64,000 nucleotides of DNA from Zootoca vivipara (GCF_963506605.1 NC_083287.1:59458001-59522000); one strand, 5' to 3'; shown: positions 22,001-36,400, counted from the stretch's first letter. Program-made: numbers and translations. Notes: generated from the letters alone by a model not told the origin.

Positions 22001-25000
22001 CAAAATCCAGGGTAAAGAGGTGTGTCTTCAGCATTTGCCAGAAGCTGTATGATGAAGGTACCAGACACACCTCTGTGGGAACGTAGTTTCACAGCTTATG
22101 GGCTGTCGCAGAGAAGGCCTTCTCCCCCTTGCCACCCCCCTCAATCCTCTGAGGGTGGGGGATCCCTCTGTGGATCTCTGCACCCAGAAGGGTCAGTAGG
22201 GAAGTAGGCTGTCTTTCAGATATTTGGGGCCTGAGTCGTTTAGCTCTTTAAACACTAACATCCAATTAACAACTGTAGTGTGATAGAAATCATTTGTCTT
22301 GGTTTTGCACTCAAGTGATATTGTGCATCTCACCCCACCCCTTCTACCATTTTTCAGGGGTTGATGACCTTTGGGTATATCCTGCTTCTCTCCTGGATTG
22401 GGGAGAGGGTGGCCAATCGGATGCGCAAGCAGCTTTTTTCTTCCTTCCTCAGGTAACTGGCCTGGGGATGGGGGAAGGGCTGCTGTGGGGTGCAGGGTGG
22501 GTGAAAGAGAGAGAGAAGGGTGGAACTTGAGATGCACCCAGGGGCTTGAGCTATTCAAAATAAGAGAAGTGGAGTGACTTGCCGGCTTCTTCCCTAAGGC
22601 AGGAGGTGGCCTTCTTTGATGCCAACCAGACGGGGGAGCTGGTGAATCGCCTGACCACGGACATCCAGGAGTTCAAGTCCTCCTTCAAGCTTGTCATCTC
22701 TCAGGTGTGGGGACTGGGCTGGGTCAAAGCTGGCCTGGATTTCCCGGGACGGGGTGGGGATGGACTTGAAGAATGCATGAGATGTTTTCCGTGGGGAGGT
22801 GAGTCTGATGTGGGGCCAAGGGCTCTTTCCTTCATGGCATGTTTCTCTCTCCTTAGGGCTTGCGCAGCCTCACCCAGACCGTGGGCTGCTTTGTGACTCT
22901 CTACTTGATCTCACCCAAGTTGACGGGAATGCTGGTGGTGGTGATGCCCATTTTGGTGGGGGCTGGGGCTTACATTGGCGGCGCTCTGCGCAAGCTTTCA
23001 CGCAAAGCCCAAGAACAGGTAAGAGAGGCTCTGCCAGTGTGCAGTGTGGGTACTGAAGCCCCACCCAGGCCATTGGGGAAAAAACTCAAGTCCCCCCCCC
23101 AAAAAATACTTTCTGGTCTGTGACTGAGCTCCTTTATTCTCCATAACGGCTTTCTAGAATTCTGCTTTATGTCGTTGCTTCTTTTTTGCTGGATTCAGCC
23201 AATTATTCTAGGTGAATGAGCTGTTTTTGTGTGCTGCCCGCCCCCACCCCCTCTACCAACCTCGGAGTGGCAGACTGGAGCTATGGTGGTTATTTGCAAA
23301 GGAGAGAGTTCTGATCTCCCCATGTCAGCAAATCATCCTACCCGCCCCACATTATCATGGGTTCTTTTCTGGAGTAGCTCGTGCCTTTCCCTCCCTCCCC
23401 CTTCCCATTTTAAAAATGCATTCCTTTGTAGAGTGTCCTGACTGGAACTGATTCCCGGAGTTAGCCAAGCCAGGAGCCTCCAGGTTTGCTCCGGGAGCTT
23501 GCTGACCCCCACAGTGACTTCTGCTTCTTTCTTGACTGCAGGTGGCCAAGGCCACAGCAGTGGCCAATGAGGCTTTGGGCAACGTCCGGACGGTGCGGGC
23601 CTTCGCCATGGAACCCAAAGAGCTCCAGTGAGTCCCTCCTCTCCTGGACTGGAAGTGGCCAGCTTCAAGATCACCACTCCCTCAAAATCCCTGAGGGGAA
23701 CCCAATATGTTGGTAGTCCTCCCTACTCCCACCCCAAGGTGGGGGATGCAGATCAGCTAGTTGCTCCCTTTCCTTCTGTGTGAGAGCCCTGAGTGGGGCA
23801 TATAGCCACCCCGTAACTTGGAGGTCCTCTCCCCCCTTCAGTCCTCCCGAAACTGCTGGCCTGAGCTGCTTTCTCTGTCCCTTGCAGGCAGTATGGCGCA
23901 GAGGTGGATCAAGCTAGTCACCTCAACATGAAGCTGGGGCTGGGCATTGCCTTCTTCCAGGGGCTCTCCAACGTGGCCCTGAACTGTGAGTGGTGCTGGG
24001 GGGGGGGGAAACTGATGAATCTTTGGGCTGTGACGTGGCGGTTCTCTCCGTTGCCCTGCTCTTTCTGGGACAGCAGGGTGGTTGCTGGAGCAAATGCACC
24101 TTAAACCTCCTATGTTCTGAGAACACGCAGTTGCCCACTCAATAAAAATGCACTCCCTCCCTCCCCCTTTTCATAAGTTTCCCTAACATAGCTTTTGCTA
24201 ACCCAGTGCCCTCCAGATGGCTGAGACTGATGGGATTGGTACTTCAGAATATCTGGAGAGCACCAAGCAGGCAAAGGCTACCTGAACCGTCCCATCACCT
24301 CCATCTGCTGCCATCTTGTTTTCTCCCCCAGGTATTGTGCTAGGTACCATCTTTGTAGGCGGCACCCTCCTGGCTGGGGAAGAGATGACACCAGGCGACC
24401 TCATGTCCTTCTTGGTGTCCTCGCAGACTGTGCAAAGGTAAGGCCCTAGCAGGCCTCCCATGTGCCCCAGTGGCTGGTCAGAGACTCCCCACCCCCCTGC
24501 CATGTGTTCCGTCCTTTGCCCTGACAAAATCCCTGCTTGTGTTCCTCTAGGTCCCTGGCCAGCATGTCCATCCTGTTTGGGCAGGTACGTGGGGGGAGGC
24601 TGCAGGGTGTGGAGGGCATACGGGGCCTCCTTCTCCCACACAATAACTGGACACAAGCTAATATGCACCCAACCTTTGTGAAAGGTGGTGGAGCAGTTCC
24701 TGGGGATGTGGCCCAAGCTGCCATGCTGCTGGCCGCTGAGCAGGGAGGGGACTGGGTTCCCCGAGGCGGCTTCTCCTCGCAACCTGTGGCTCTTGATCTC
24801 CTCCAGGTGGTGCGGGGAATGAGCGCTGCGGCCCGTGTATTTGAATACATGACTTTCCCACCAGAGACCGGGGTCTGTGAGAAAGAGCAGCTTGCCTGCA
24901 GCATGCTGAGCGGGCACATTGAGTTCCATGATGTCTCCTTCAGGTGAGAGCGGCTGTAGGGGTTGGGTCAGCAGACCTCTCAGGAATGGATGGGCTGGAA

Positions 25001-28000
25001 AAAGACAGCACAAAATCTATAGTACACGGACAGACTTGGTTTTCACTTGTCATTCCAGGCATTTTGTTTCTTTTGTAAAAAGCTCAATGGTTGGAGGCAG
25101 GGCAGGATGCTTCTGAATCCCAGGTGCCAGAAAGGCTCTTGTGCTCAGGTCTTGTTTGAGTGTTCCTCACACGCCTCTGGTTGGCCACTGTGAGAAAGAA
25201 CAGGATGCTGGAGTAGATGGGCCCCCTTTGGCTTGATTCCTCAGACTCCTCCCAGTCACTCAAAATATCCCTTCTGAAGCTTACCAGGCATTGTTCAGAT
25301 GTGATCAGGCTTACCTCAGCAGCCACACAAGCAAGCAGCTTGCTAATATTTTTCATTTAGCAAAACTCCTTTGCCAGATATGAGACACTGCAGTGGGGAG
25401 ATGTGATCATTTGCTCCTGCAATATGCTCAGCCCTTTCTGTGCACAGCCCCCCTTCCTTCTGCTCTCCTTTCTCCTGGCTCCACCACCTCAAGGGTCCCT
25501 CTCGGTTGCCCTGGTAAAGCCACCCTACTCTGGGATTGGCTCCTGCGCCACCCCTTCCCTCATCTCTTGGTGTCCTTGAATGCCAGTGGGATCAGCCAGT
25601 CTCTGGGCTAACCATGGGGCCTGATCTCTTTCTTCTGTTCTCAGCTATCCCACCCGGCAAGGCGCCAAGGTCCTGCAAAACTTCTCCCTCACCATCCCTG
25701 CTAACAAGACAGTGGCTATTGTGGGGCCGTCGGGAGGAGGTAAGAGTCTCTCTCTTTCCCCCCAGCAGGCCAGGTCAGCAAAGGCTTCACCACGTTTTGA
25801 CTTCCCACCTGCTGGAGTGAGTGGTATCTCTTCATCTCCTCCCGAGATTGCGATCAGTGAGCTCTTCAGATCACCTAAGATGGAACTAGCCATTTGGTCA
25901 CACCATAATCACGACTCCTTTCTGAAGTGCTTCTAAGGCCGCTTTCCCAGAGTCGCTTGTAAATCCTTTTGTGAGGTGCTTCCTCTTCACACATTGCCCA
26001 CCTTGGATTTGCTCATTAGATTGTTCCTTTGCTAAGCCCCACACTTGGTTGAATTTCACCTTCCCAAATGGGTCCATCTGTGTCCTGTGTTTCTTGAAAA
26101 CTTGACCCCTCGTTCACCATGTGCTGTTTCATTTGAGTAATGGCCAAACCCCTCGCTAACCACTTCTGCTGATCCTGACTGAATACGTAGTGCCAGATCC
26201 TGGCCTCACGGCAGTCTTCCTGTTCCTGCCCTCAGGTCAAGTGCCACCTGGCAACCAAAGTGCCAGCAAAGGGGGGGGGCTCTGCATGGCCTGCAAGGAG
26301 GCCATGCAAGGAGCATTCGGTGACTCTTCTCTTCCTTCTGCCCAGGGAAGTCTACTGTGGCAGCCCTTTTGGAGCGGTTCTATGAGCCCACTGTGGGCGC
26401 CATCTTTCTGGATGGCCGTGATATCTGCACTCTTGATCCCACCTGGCTCCGTGGGGACGTCATTGGCTTCATTAACCAGGTGAGAAATGTGGAGGAGGGG
26501 AAGAGAGAAATTGCCTGCAGAAGACGGAAAGCAGGGCAGTCTTTTTCTAAGATGAAAAAAGAGGGCAAACAGAAGGGGGTGCTGCATGCAGTCACAGATC
26601 ATGGGGAGAGAGGAAGGAGCTTTCTTTTCCCCAAACCACTAGGACAGTGAACCTGATTAGCAGAGAACCATAAGAAAGAGATTCTTTCTGAAAGTGGCAT
26701 GCAATTAACGTATGGAATGGAGTGTCACTGGCTGGTGTGATGGCCACCAACCTAGATCTGGTTTCTTTTTCATAGGATAGGTTTTTCTTTGACTGTTGAT
26801 TGTGATAGCTGAAGATTTATTTATTCATTGCATTTCAGAATTTAGAGACAACTGTGCATTCAGAGAATACCAGGATGCAGAAACTAAATATAAAACATAA
26901 TATAGATAAGAAAACAGTATTAAAAAAAAACAACAACAACAAGGATTGAAAGCTGTGGGGCTGCTGTGGGAATGGGACCTCCCTGCTCAGCAGCAGCTAC
27001 CAGCATGTGGTGGGGATGGCGGCCTCTGCTGTGCAGTCTGCTTAGGGGTTCTCCGGACCAAGTGGTGGTCATGGGAGACATGGGAGTACGGTAGCTGGCC
27101 ACATCCACCACCAGCCTGCTGCAGCAAGGCAGTGCTGGTGGTCTTAAAGAAGATGTCTTGGGCTGGAGTAAGAACATGAATGATCTCACTGGAAGAACTT
27201 CTAGGGGAGAGGTAGGAGGTGCTAGTGTTTTTGCTGAGGCGTCAACAACAGCAGTTGTGGGAGATGTTTTCCTTGGGCTTATCCCTGCGTCTTGAGGCCT
27301 CACTCCTCCTCCTGCTTCCCCAGGAGCCTGTGCTGTTCAGCACAACCATAATGGAGAACATCCGCTTCGGCAAGCCTTGTGCATCGGATGCCGAGATCTA
27401 CGCCGCTGCTCGCCTCGCCAATGCGGATGAATTCATCCGCAGCTTCCCAGATGGCTACAACACTGTTGTGGGTGAGTCAAAGCAAAGGGGTGGGGTGGGT
27501 GGCAGGCTGGGTAACGTGGCTGCTCTTAGAGGTGTGTTATTAGGCAAATCTTTCCCTGCCCTCCCACAGCAGAGGTATTAAGCTAACAGTTTGTGGTAGG
27601 AACCTGCTAGAATTAGGTAAAGAGGAGTCTGTGACCACTTAATCCTCACTCAAAGGAGCTAAGTAAGGATTAGACACTTTCAGAACAAAACTAGAACTTT
27701 TATTGGTTTACCCTCAGTAAGGTTCTAGCTTTGTGGTTACTTTTCTGAAAGGCACAGCACTTTGTTTCAAACAAACACTCTATACAAATATATTTTAGAT
27801 CTTCGATAATTTCATGCTGCAAATCTGTCACTGGACAGTTAAATTAATTCTAGGGCAGCCATTGTCTTACATTACCTGGAAAAGACTCCTATCCCCTAAC
27901 CTTCCCCTTGGTAGACGGAACCTTCTCTGCCCACAGACAATCCCTATCTGTGTCTTGAGAGCCCATTCACTCTGACGGACAGACCTTTCTGAGTCTATTC

Positions 28001-29851
28001 AGATAGCCAGAGACACCCTTCCACCCACCCAGACAGAAAGTCCCTCTCTCTAATCCCACGTCCCTGTCTAACCCACAGACAGTTCCTGTCTGACTCTTGA
28101 ACTGATGGATTTGGATCCTCTTAAACCTGGCAACCTCTCCTGGTTGTGCCACAGACTCCTCCTCCTCCTCCTCCTCCTCCTCTTCCTTCTTGCATCTTTT
28201 TTTTTTCTAAACTCAGGCTGCAGTTCCCCTCCAGCCATGGCACAAGGCAGATTTGTTGTGCTTTATTCCATGTTCTTTTTGAAAAGTTCAGCTAAATGAC
28301 TGGTTCCTGCTCTAAGTGGGTTCACGAACACCTCTAGAAGACGAGGTAGAGGTATTGGAAGTGGCATCCTCAGGGTAACATATTCTGGGGCTATTTTGTG
28401 GCAATTATTTTCATCTCTGTAGATTTCTGGCTGCCAGATTTGGTGTCACTTGGTGCCAGATCCAGGCCTTGGCCACGAGGTTTTCCCATGATGCTACAAC
28501 CTCCTATAGGATGGAAAAGGGCACATCTGCATGCCCCCCTCCCTGTCCTGTGCCACGCCAACTCCAGGGGAGTGGGCTGTGGAGAGGGAAACGGGGGCAA
28601 TGTCAAGAGGACACACTTAGTTGTCCTGGCTGTCTGCTTCCCCATCATCTCTCCCCTCCGCATTCTCTCTCCCATCCCAGGTGAGCGTGGGGTGACCTTG
28701 TCTGGGGGGCAGAAGCAGCGAGTGGCCATTGCCCGAGCCCTCATCAAGAACCCCAAAGTGCTGATCTTGGATGAGGCCACAAGCGCCCTGGATGCGGAGT
28801 CGGAGCACGTGGTGCAAGAAGCCCTGGACAGGGCAGTGTCCGGCCGCACCGTGCTAGTCATTGCCCATCGTCTCAGCACGGTGAAGGATGCAGACCTGAT
28901 TGTGGTGCTGTCAAAGGGTCGCGTGGCTGAGGTGAGGCAGCAGGGGAGGAAGGCGGCAGGCAGCCTTGATGGCAGTCCTGGGAGAGGGGGGGAGTTGCGG
29001 TGAACACTTGGGGCCTCTCCCAGCTTGCTAATGAGAAGTGGATTTGGGGGCACTTTGTGGATTTCAGCATCCTTGGGTCCCAGACCAATGCAGCTGGGCA
29101 TTCCTAAACCCATTGATTCCTCTGGGCTTACAAAGGTTAATAGATAAATATCTCACCAGTAATTCACTTATAGATAAATAGATAAATATCTCACCAGTAA
29201 AAAAAGTGAAGGGCAAGGTGTACGGAAGTTCTGTGACAGTTTTGTTCAACATTCAGGTGCATACAAAAACAGCAACTGAATAAGCCTTCAGACCTGCAGA
29301 TCTTTCTCAAGTTTGCTGTACCAAAGCAACACCTATTGGGAGTAGAAACTGATTGAGCCCTAAAGAAATAGAATGAAATTTGCTAATAAATTCTAAAACA
29401 GCAATTTCATGCTGGAGTCCCAGTTCATTTATAGAAACATTTATATACCACTTTTCTGCCTGAAGGCATTTTACCGCAATTTAAATATTACTACAATTAA
29501 ATAAGAGGATTAAAACAAGTCATAATGAAACAGGCAGAACGGGCAAGATTAAAATTCCCTTAAAGTTTGGTGTAACAAAAAACTCTTGACTTCCATGCTA
29601 GAGGACATGATAGAACGGGCCAATCTAAGCTGCTCTTATTCTTTGTAGGAGAATGGTGCTTGTGTCGTATTGACTGGTAGGATCTATGCAGCTCTTGGCA
29701 CTTCTCTTGACTTTGGGGGACTGGAAAGTGGGGCTCTTGTTTCCTGATCTCCCTGTTTCTCTCCTTCCAGTCCGGGACACACACGGAACTACTACGGAAG
29801 GGTGGCATCTATGCAGAGTTGATCCGACGCCAAACCAAAGATGGAGTCTGA
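18558..29851 (+). CDS. ABCB8: Mitochondrial ABC half-transporter ABCB8, about 708 aa. Exons: 18558-18694, 20329-20635, 20956-21105, 22358-22452, 22599-22704, 22857-23018, 23542-23627, 23888-23985, 24332-24437, 24551-24584, 24807-24943, 25645-25739, 26346-26479, 27324-27471, 28681-28931, 29771-29851
   Basis: Arg-rich presequence-like N-terminus, [42 protein letters not shown], Walker A (GPSGGGKST), signature (LSGGQKQR), Walker B ([10 protein letters not shown]) and H-loop (IAHRLST). All 15 introns are GT-AG with consistent phases. Confidence 0.95.
19201..19555 (-). mobile_element. Sauria SINE
   Basis: Reverse-complement match to the copy at 6864-7214. Confidence 0.85.
21205..21385 (-). mobile_element. 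Degenerate Penelope-like element fragment
   Basis: gagtcttgtggcaccttagagact...cataggttttcatggactcaagccctcttc resembles the Penelope terminal repeat at 49170-49380. Confidence 0.45.
21391..21735 (-). mobile_element. Sauria SINE
   Basis: Reverse-complement match to the copy at 6864-7214, with an aggtaaaggtaaagg tail. Confidence 0.88.
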
Positions 29852-30672
29852 AGCAGGAAAGCTTGTTTTGTTGCCCTCGAGGAAGTATTACTGCCTGATC
29901 TGCCCCCATTTCACTCAGGAGCTTATTTGGATTCTGATGCAATCCCAGAATTGGTTTGCAGGGGTGCAGAGGGCCAGGTCCGGAGCCTGTTGCCCTGGAA
30001 TCTGTCTAGTGTTAGAATATACCCCCCCCCCCAAATTCTGCCTGAGTCCCACCACTGAACAGAGCTTTATGTAATTTAAATGTGTGTTTCAAATACAGTA
30101 TTTTTGCATTTGGATGGTGTGTCTGAAGTGTTTTTAGATGCCTTGAAACTTTGGCTTTATTAGGCCTCATCCAGCCTCCAAGCACTGATTCAGGATGAGG
30201 AGGCATCCAGGCCCCTGGTCAGCCTCTCCTCACGCTTTCCTGCAGCTGCTAGGTTGCAGCATTTGGGACTTTTTAGTTTAGAGAACAAGTGAGTGAAAAG
30301 AGATGTGATAGAAGTTGATAAAATTTTGCATGGCATGGAGCTGAATTTTGGGAAATTCAGGAAATAAAAGGAAGTCCTTCACACAGCACATACTTAAACT
30401 ATGGAACTTGTTCCTCCAGGAAGCAGTGGTGGTCTCCAACTTGGGTGGCTTTGTGCAACTTCATGTCCATTTGAAGGCTCCTAGGCAGGATGGCTCTGCT
30501 CTGCCTCCACAGTCGGGCAGCAATGTTTCTGAATCCCAGTTGGTGGAAAGCCCAGGAGGGGAGAGGGTCTGGTGCTCTGGCTCAGCTCGCTGGTTTCCCA
30601 CAGGCATCCAGTTGGCCATTGGGAGAAGAGGCTACTGGACTAGAGGGGCCATTGGCCTGATCTGGCAGGCTA

Positions 30673-30915
30673 CAGTGGTACCTCTACTTACAAATAACTC
30701 TACTTACGAATTTTTCTACTTACGAATGGAGCTCCGTCCGCCATCTTGGATGCGGTTTAGATAGGATTTTTTCTACTTACAAATTTTTAGATAGGGTTGC
30801 TTCGATTTACACATTTTTTCTCCCAATGCATTCCTATGGGATTCGACTTACAAATTTTTTCGACTTACAAATGTGTGTTCGGAACGCATTAAATTCGTAA
30901 GTAGAGGTACCACTG
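30673..30915. mobile_element. Tc1/mariner (pogo/Tigger-like) MITE
   Basis: TIRs cagtggtacctctacttac and gtaagtagaggtaccactg, flanked by TA on both sides, with internal cttacgaa sub-repeats. Confidence 0.9.
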
Positions 30916-31049
30916 TATTCTCCTATTCTTGTGTCAAATAGCACAGGAGATCACAAGAGAAGGGTGACAGCTGTGGGAAGACATCAATTCCTGGTGCGGT
31001 TTGAAGAAACAATGGTGTCCATCTCTTGTTGGTGTCCATCAAGGAAGGC

Positions 31050-32250
31050 GGCAAGATGTCCTGCTCCAGAGGACGCCTTTGCCAACCCTCTCTGGCCACT
31101 GTCTTCTGGCGGGAAGGGGCTCCGGGGGACCCCCGCCCGAGGGCTGCCCAGACCGTCGTGTCCAGCTGGGCCGGGCGGCGAGCAGCCAGCGGAAGGTCCC
31201 GGCCCGGCCAGACTCATCTGCCCTCTCGCCTCGGGCTCCGCAGCCCAGAAGCGGCGGCAGCGGCAGCAGCGGGCAACCGAGCGCCGCGCTCCCTCCGGCC
31301 GGGTCTCCGAGGGGGCAGGACTCCAAGTCCCGTCGTGCACCGCGGCGGGGGCGGGGCCTGCGCGGCCAAGGAGCGTGACTGCGACCTCCCCGGGAAGCGA
31401 AGAAGGGAGACGCCGCCGCCACCGCCGAAGGAGCCCCCGGAGCCCCCGGGCCAGGGAGGCAGGCAGGCAGGCAGGCAGGGAGGGGGCTCGGCGATCCCTC
31501 CCCCAGGTGGGTCCCCTTCGCGCGGGGCAGCAGCCCCTCTGCCACCCCCCCCCGGGAGTCGCACGGGGGAAGAGGGGCGCCCCCTCCCCAAACCCCCCTC
31601 GGGGGGGGCGGCAGGCTGGGCCGATCGGTGGCTGACCCCACCCCACCCTGGGGCTTGACCCCCCCGCCCCCGCCACGCCCCCTCCCTCCCTCCCCCCGCG
31701 GGTGTCGCGGGCGGGGGCGGCCTCAGAACAAAGGCGGCCCCGGATCCCGGCGGGGGGGCAGGGGGCAGCAGCCCCGCCCCCCACGCCCACCCCACCCCAA
31801 GGGCGCCGGGCGCAGCCAGCCCATGATGACCGCCGGGGGAAGGGAGGGGGGGTCAGCGACCCCCAGGGCGGGCGCGGCGGGGTCGGGGCTTCGCTGTCCT
31901 CCTTTGGGCGGGGCGGCCGCGGGGCACATACCTGCTGCTGCTGCATCCAGGGCTGAAGAAGCGGAGCTCATCTCTTGCACAGCCCTCCTCAGAGTGCGGG
32001 GGGGGGGGTGTAAGATGTGGCCGAGCCCCCCAAATGTGGCAGGGCTTCTCTTCCTGCCCTGCAAACACTTCACAATCTATTTCAGGCCAGTCAAGGATCT
32101 CAGCCGGCAGGTGGATTTTGACATTCTTCCAGGCAGGCGGGTCAAGGGCGCAAGGGGCGGGCAGAGTTCGCACCCAGGTCCCAAGCAATCCATTGCATAG
32201 GCGTGGAGAGCGCGGCCAGGAGAGTGGAATAAAAAGGTGAGAGAGAGAGT
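31050..32250 (+). promoter_or_regulatory. CpG island: probable promoter and non-coding first exon of the KRAB-Harbinger fusion gene (candidate donor CAG|GTGGGT at 31506/31507)
   Basis: Strong CpG island about 1.2 kb after the ABCB8 stop and upstream of the first coding exon. No protein-like ORF lies within it. Confidence 0.65.
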
Positions 32251-33405
32251 AGAACAACCTAGCCGAGGCCTTTGTGTGGCAAGTGGGTCCGTTTTGCCCA
32301 CGTGAAGATAATAAATATCTCTACACTCACAGAAGCCCCTCTGCCTGTAGGGCCACATTTGACACATTACTGTACATGGAACAAATCTGAGTTTGCAACT
32401 GGAAGATGCATTCAGTCGCGATGTTTGCATTTTCAGGCTCACACCAAAAACTTCAGTTTGCAAACAGCCCCTTATAAGCAAAAGAGAGGGTTGTGATCTG
32501 GGGGTGTCCCTCTATGTAAGAGGCCCTTTTGCTGACCCATTCCCCCCCTTGCAAGTCAGGGCCCCCCCCCCGGCCTTTGCCAACAGCTGTGACCTTGAAA
32601 GATGCGAGTTCAAGTGCCATTTTGGGTGCACACCCAAGATCATGTCTCCTGGGAGCTGGATTGTTTGGGCCTGTTAAATTTGTATTGTTGCATTTATAAG
32701 AAGATGTTGTTGGTTATTTTGAAATTAACCTGGAATAGAAGGGCATGCTATAAGTTGAGAGAGGAAGAAAGTGGGGGGGGGATAAACCTCACATGAAGGA
32801 GTGGGTGGGTGGCTTAGGGTGGCTGCTGCTCAGTTTCTTTATTCATTTTATTTCATAAAATTTATACTGCACTTCATTGTTAAAAGAAAAGCAACAACTC
32901 TCAAAGTGGTTTACAAAAAGATAAAGAAAATGATCCGTAAGGAAAAATAACAACAATAATAATGGAAAACTTTCAAAAAGTTAAAATGGCCCCATAATTG
33001 AAAACAATTTAAAGCTCACATCACCTTCCTAAGCATCTAGGATAGACTTGTCTAAACAATGATGTTTTTAGCAGGCACCTGCCTGGTGTCAAGAGGCAGG
33101 GAGTTCCACACACTACAAGATTGAATTCTTACAAATGCAGAGCAGGGGTTATGTGGCCCCTGTAACGGTTCCAATTCAGTTAATCAGAGCAGAATGTCTT
33201 TTGCAACCCAGTTACAAAAATGTGGGGTGCTGATCGCTGTGACCGCTTGATGTAATCTGCCATGTAGGATTTAGCTAAGATTCCTGCCTCGTAGGGGGTT
33301 GGACTGGATGACCCCGGGACCCTACCAACTCTGCAATGCTATGATTCTATCTTGCAGGTGCTTCAAGGACACTCAGACCTGTTTTCCCGCAGGAGGTGCA
33401 AAAGG

Positions 33406-36400
33406 ATGGCAGAAGGGGTCCAAATGCAGAGGGAGGTGATGCTGGAAAATTGCAAGCCAGTGGCCCCACTGGGTGAGGACAACCCCCTCTTTCCTCTCTT
33501 TATCAAAGATAGTTTTTTTGGGGGGGGGAGATCTGGGGGTTTCTGCTGCGTGAAGAGCTCAGGGTCCGAGGCACCCGCTCCACACAGACACAGACTAGCA
33601 AAGGGTCAGCAAAGTTTTGCTGGCAGGCAGTCTGGCCACTAAAATCGGTCCAGGAAGAGCAGGGAGTGGATCAGAAAGGGAGGATAAATTGGATGCCCCT
33701 TTGAAGAAAGCTCTCCTTCATGGGGAAGTTAAGGTGTGGTGGTTGGGGGGGGGACAGGATGGGAAGGAGGGGGAATGGCCTCTTTGACAGTCCCTCTTTA
33801 TCCAACTTTATCCCAACCCCCACCACACACACAGACACTATATTTAAAATCAAAAGAATATTGTATTTAATTTATAGTGAAATGGGGGGGAGGGAGAGGT
33901 TTATGTGTGAATGTAACCAAAAAGGAGGAACCAAATAAACCACCTGTGACTTGTTTTCACAGACCCATCCTGGCTCTTCTGATGTAGAGTTCCCTTAGTT
34001 TTAAGGTGTTTTTTACTATTTCTACAGATTTCCAAGGGTGGGGAGGTGCAATGTCATCCCCCCTCCCCACACACGCTTCTTGAGTTGGACAAAGTCCTTC
34101 AACGTGGGCAATTTATTTATAAAATTTATAAATATATACACCACTTGATTGTTTTTAAAAAACAAATTCAAAGCAGTTTACAAGAAAGAGGGGGGAAATA
34201 AAATTTTCAGTAGGAAAATTTTAAGACCTTCTAAAAGCTGGGTGGTGGGGTCTGAACTTGGGCTTAGTGCAGACCAGGGTTGGCTACCATTTGGGGGCCC
34301 ATCAGCCCCGTCCACAAAATGCTCAACCTGAGTTTAGTGGCTCCCTTCGCACGCTCGCGGCGTGTCGGGGTGTACACCTTGTTGGCCTGCCTTTGGGTGA
34401 AGGCGTGCAGGAGGCACAACCCCCCCCCCTTCACCTTACACAAAGGTAGGCTTGCAGCGTGCTTCTTTTGTACACTGGGGTCGTCTTTATGAGGCACAGA
34501 GGGGAATGACCGACCAGTTGCCGACATGCGTCACTCAATACTTAGATTTGTGGGTTTCTTTCTTTGGTAGCTTTTGTGCACCCCTTTATTTGAGTGCTGT
34601 CTGACCGAACCTTCCAGCTCCGCTCTTTAGCTTTTAAATTCTGACTGTCTTTTGGTTTGAAACATGAGCTGTTTTGTGCAATGGGTCCAGTGCAGGAGTT
34701 TTATGATACCTCCGTGGGAAAATCTGCATTCAGAGTTGCAAGGGAGCAGCTGCCTTGGAGAGACTTTGGGGACTCTGGTGGTGGCTGTTTTCATAGAATC
34801 ATAGAATCATAGAGTTGGAAGAGACCACAAGGGCTATCCAGTCCAACCCCCTGCCAAGCAGGAAACACCATCAAAGCATTCTTGACATATGGCTGTCAAG
34901 CCTCTGCTTTAAGACCTCCAAAGAAGGAGACTCTACCACACTCCTTGGTAGCAAATTCCACTGCCGAACAGCTCTTACTGTCAGGAAGTTCTTCCTAATG
35001 TTTAGGTGGAATCTTCTTTCTTGAAGTTTGAATCCATTGCTCCGTGTCCGCTTCTCTGGAGCAGCAGAAAACAACCTTTCTCCCTCCTCTATATGACATC
35101 CTTTCATATATTTGAACATGGCTATCATATCACCCCTTAACCTTCTCTTCTCTAGGCTAAACATACCCAGCTCCCTAAGCCGTTCCTCATAAGGCATCGT
35201 TTCCAGGCCTTTGACCATTTTGGTTGCCCTCTTCTGGACACGTTCCAGCTTGTCAGTATCCTTCTTGAACTGTGGTGCCCAGAACTGGACACAGTACTCC
35301 AGGTGAGGTCTGACCAGAGCAGAATACAGTGGTACTATTACTTCCCTAGATCTAGATGCTATACTCCTATTGATGCAGCCCAGAATTGCATTGGCTTTTT
35401 TAGCTGCTGCATCACACTGCTGACTTATGTCAAGTTTGTGGTCTACCAGGACTCCTAGGTCCTTTTCACATGTACTGCTCTCAAGCCAGGTGTCACCCAT
35501 CCTGTATTTGTGCCTTTCATATTTTTTTTTTTTGCCCAAGTGTAGTACCTTACATTTCTCCTTGTTAAAATTCATCTTGTTTGCTTTGGCCCAGTTGTCT
35601 AATCTGGTTTTAGACCACGAAGCAGCAAGAAAGGAAGATTCCCCTTCTCCCCTTCTCTCTCTCTCTGTCCTATATTGGAGGGTCATGGTCTTCTTTCAGC
35701 TCCTCTAAAGCCGGGAGCTAAAGAGAAGACCTTGGCTTCTCTTTTTGGCACTCGCTTTGGGCCTGTAAGGAGTCAAATCCATGTTTCCACAGGGTGAATA
35801 TGGATTGAATCTGCTTTGCGGACATGCCCCAGATCTTTGCAAACGTACACCGATTAGACTTCCAGGCCTGACAAGGGACTGAAGGCAGCCTAGTGCTGGC
35901 CTCCCTCCATGGCCCAGGCCGGGACCCCCAGCCGGTTGCCATGGACTCGCCCTTCTCTTCCTTGCAGAGGGAATGGAGGGGGCCTGGCTTCCTCCCTTGC
36001 AAGAACTGCCCTCGCCCTGGAAGGCAGGGGGTTCTTTGCCCCCTCATGGGTGCCCAGACCCAGCGAGGTGGGAGCTTGACCTGACTGCCGCCGGATGGCT
36101 CATTTGTGGCCCCTTTGGAGACCCCATGGCTCGAAGCAAGGCAGTCTCGTGGTGCAGGAGGCCCAGCTGCGCTCCTGCTTCCCCATGGAAGGATCCCAGG
36201 GGCAGCTCGGGGCTTTTACGTCCTGTTTTCAGGCCAGGAGGCTGGGCTTGAATGTCTGCTGAGGACAGCCTGGCCTCTGTGGGCATCTTAAGGACAGAGG
36301 AAATGCATCACACGCCATGCCATGTGTTTGGTCCATCTTCCCTACGAAGGAAGGTCGCAGCATTTGGGACTTTTCAGTTTAGAGAATAGGAAACGGAGAG

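Noticed and set aside
27525-28335. Possible LTR or TIR element in an ABCB8 intron (short inverted match tagaggtgt/acacctcta)
   Set aside because: The match is too short and there is no convincing TSD, so it cannot be classified by eye.
30931-32257. Long ORFs of up to 320 aa on both strands
   Set aside because: Low-complexity CpG-island frames with no recognisable domain.
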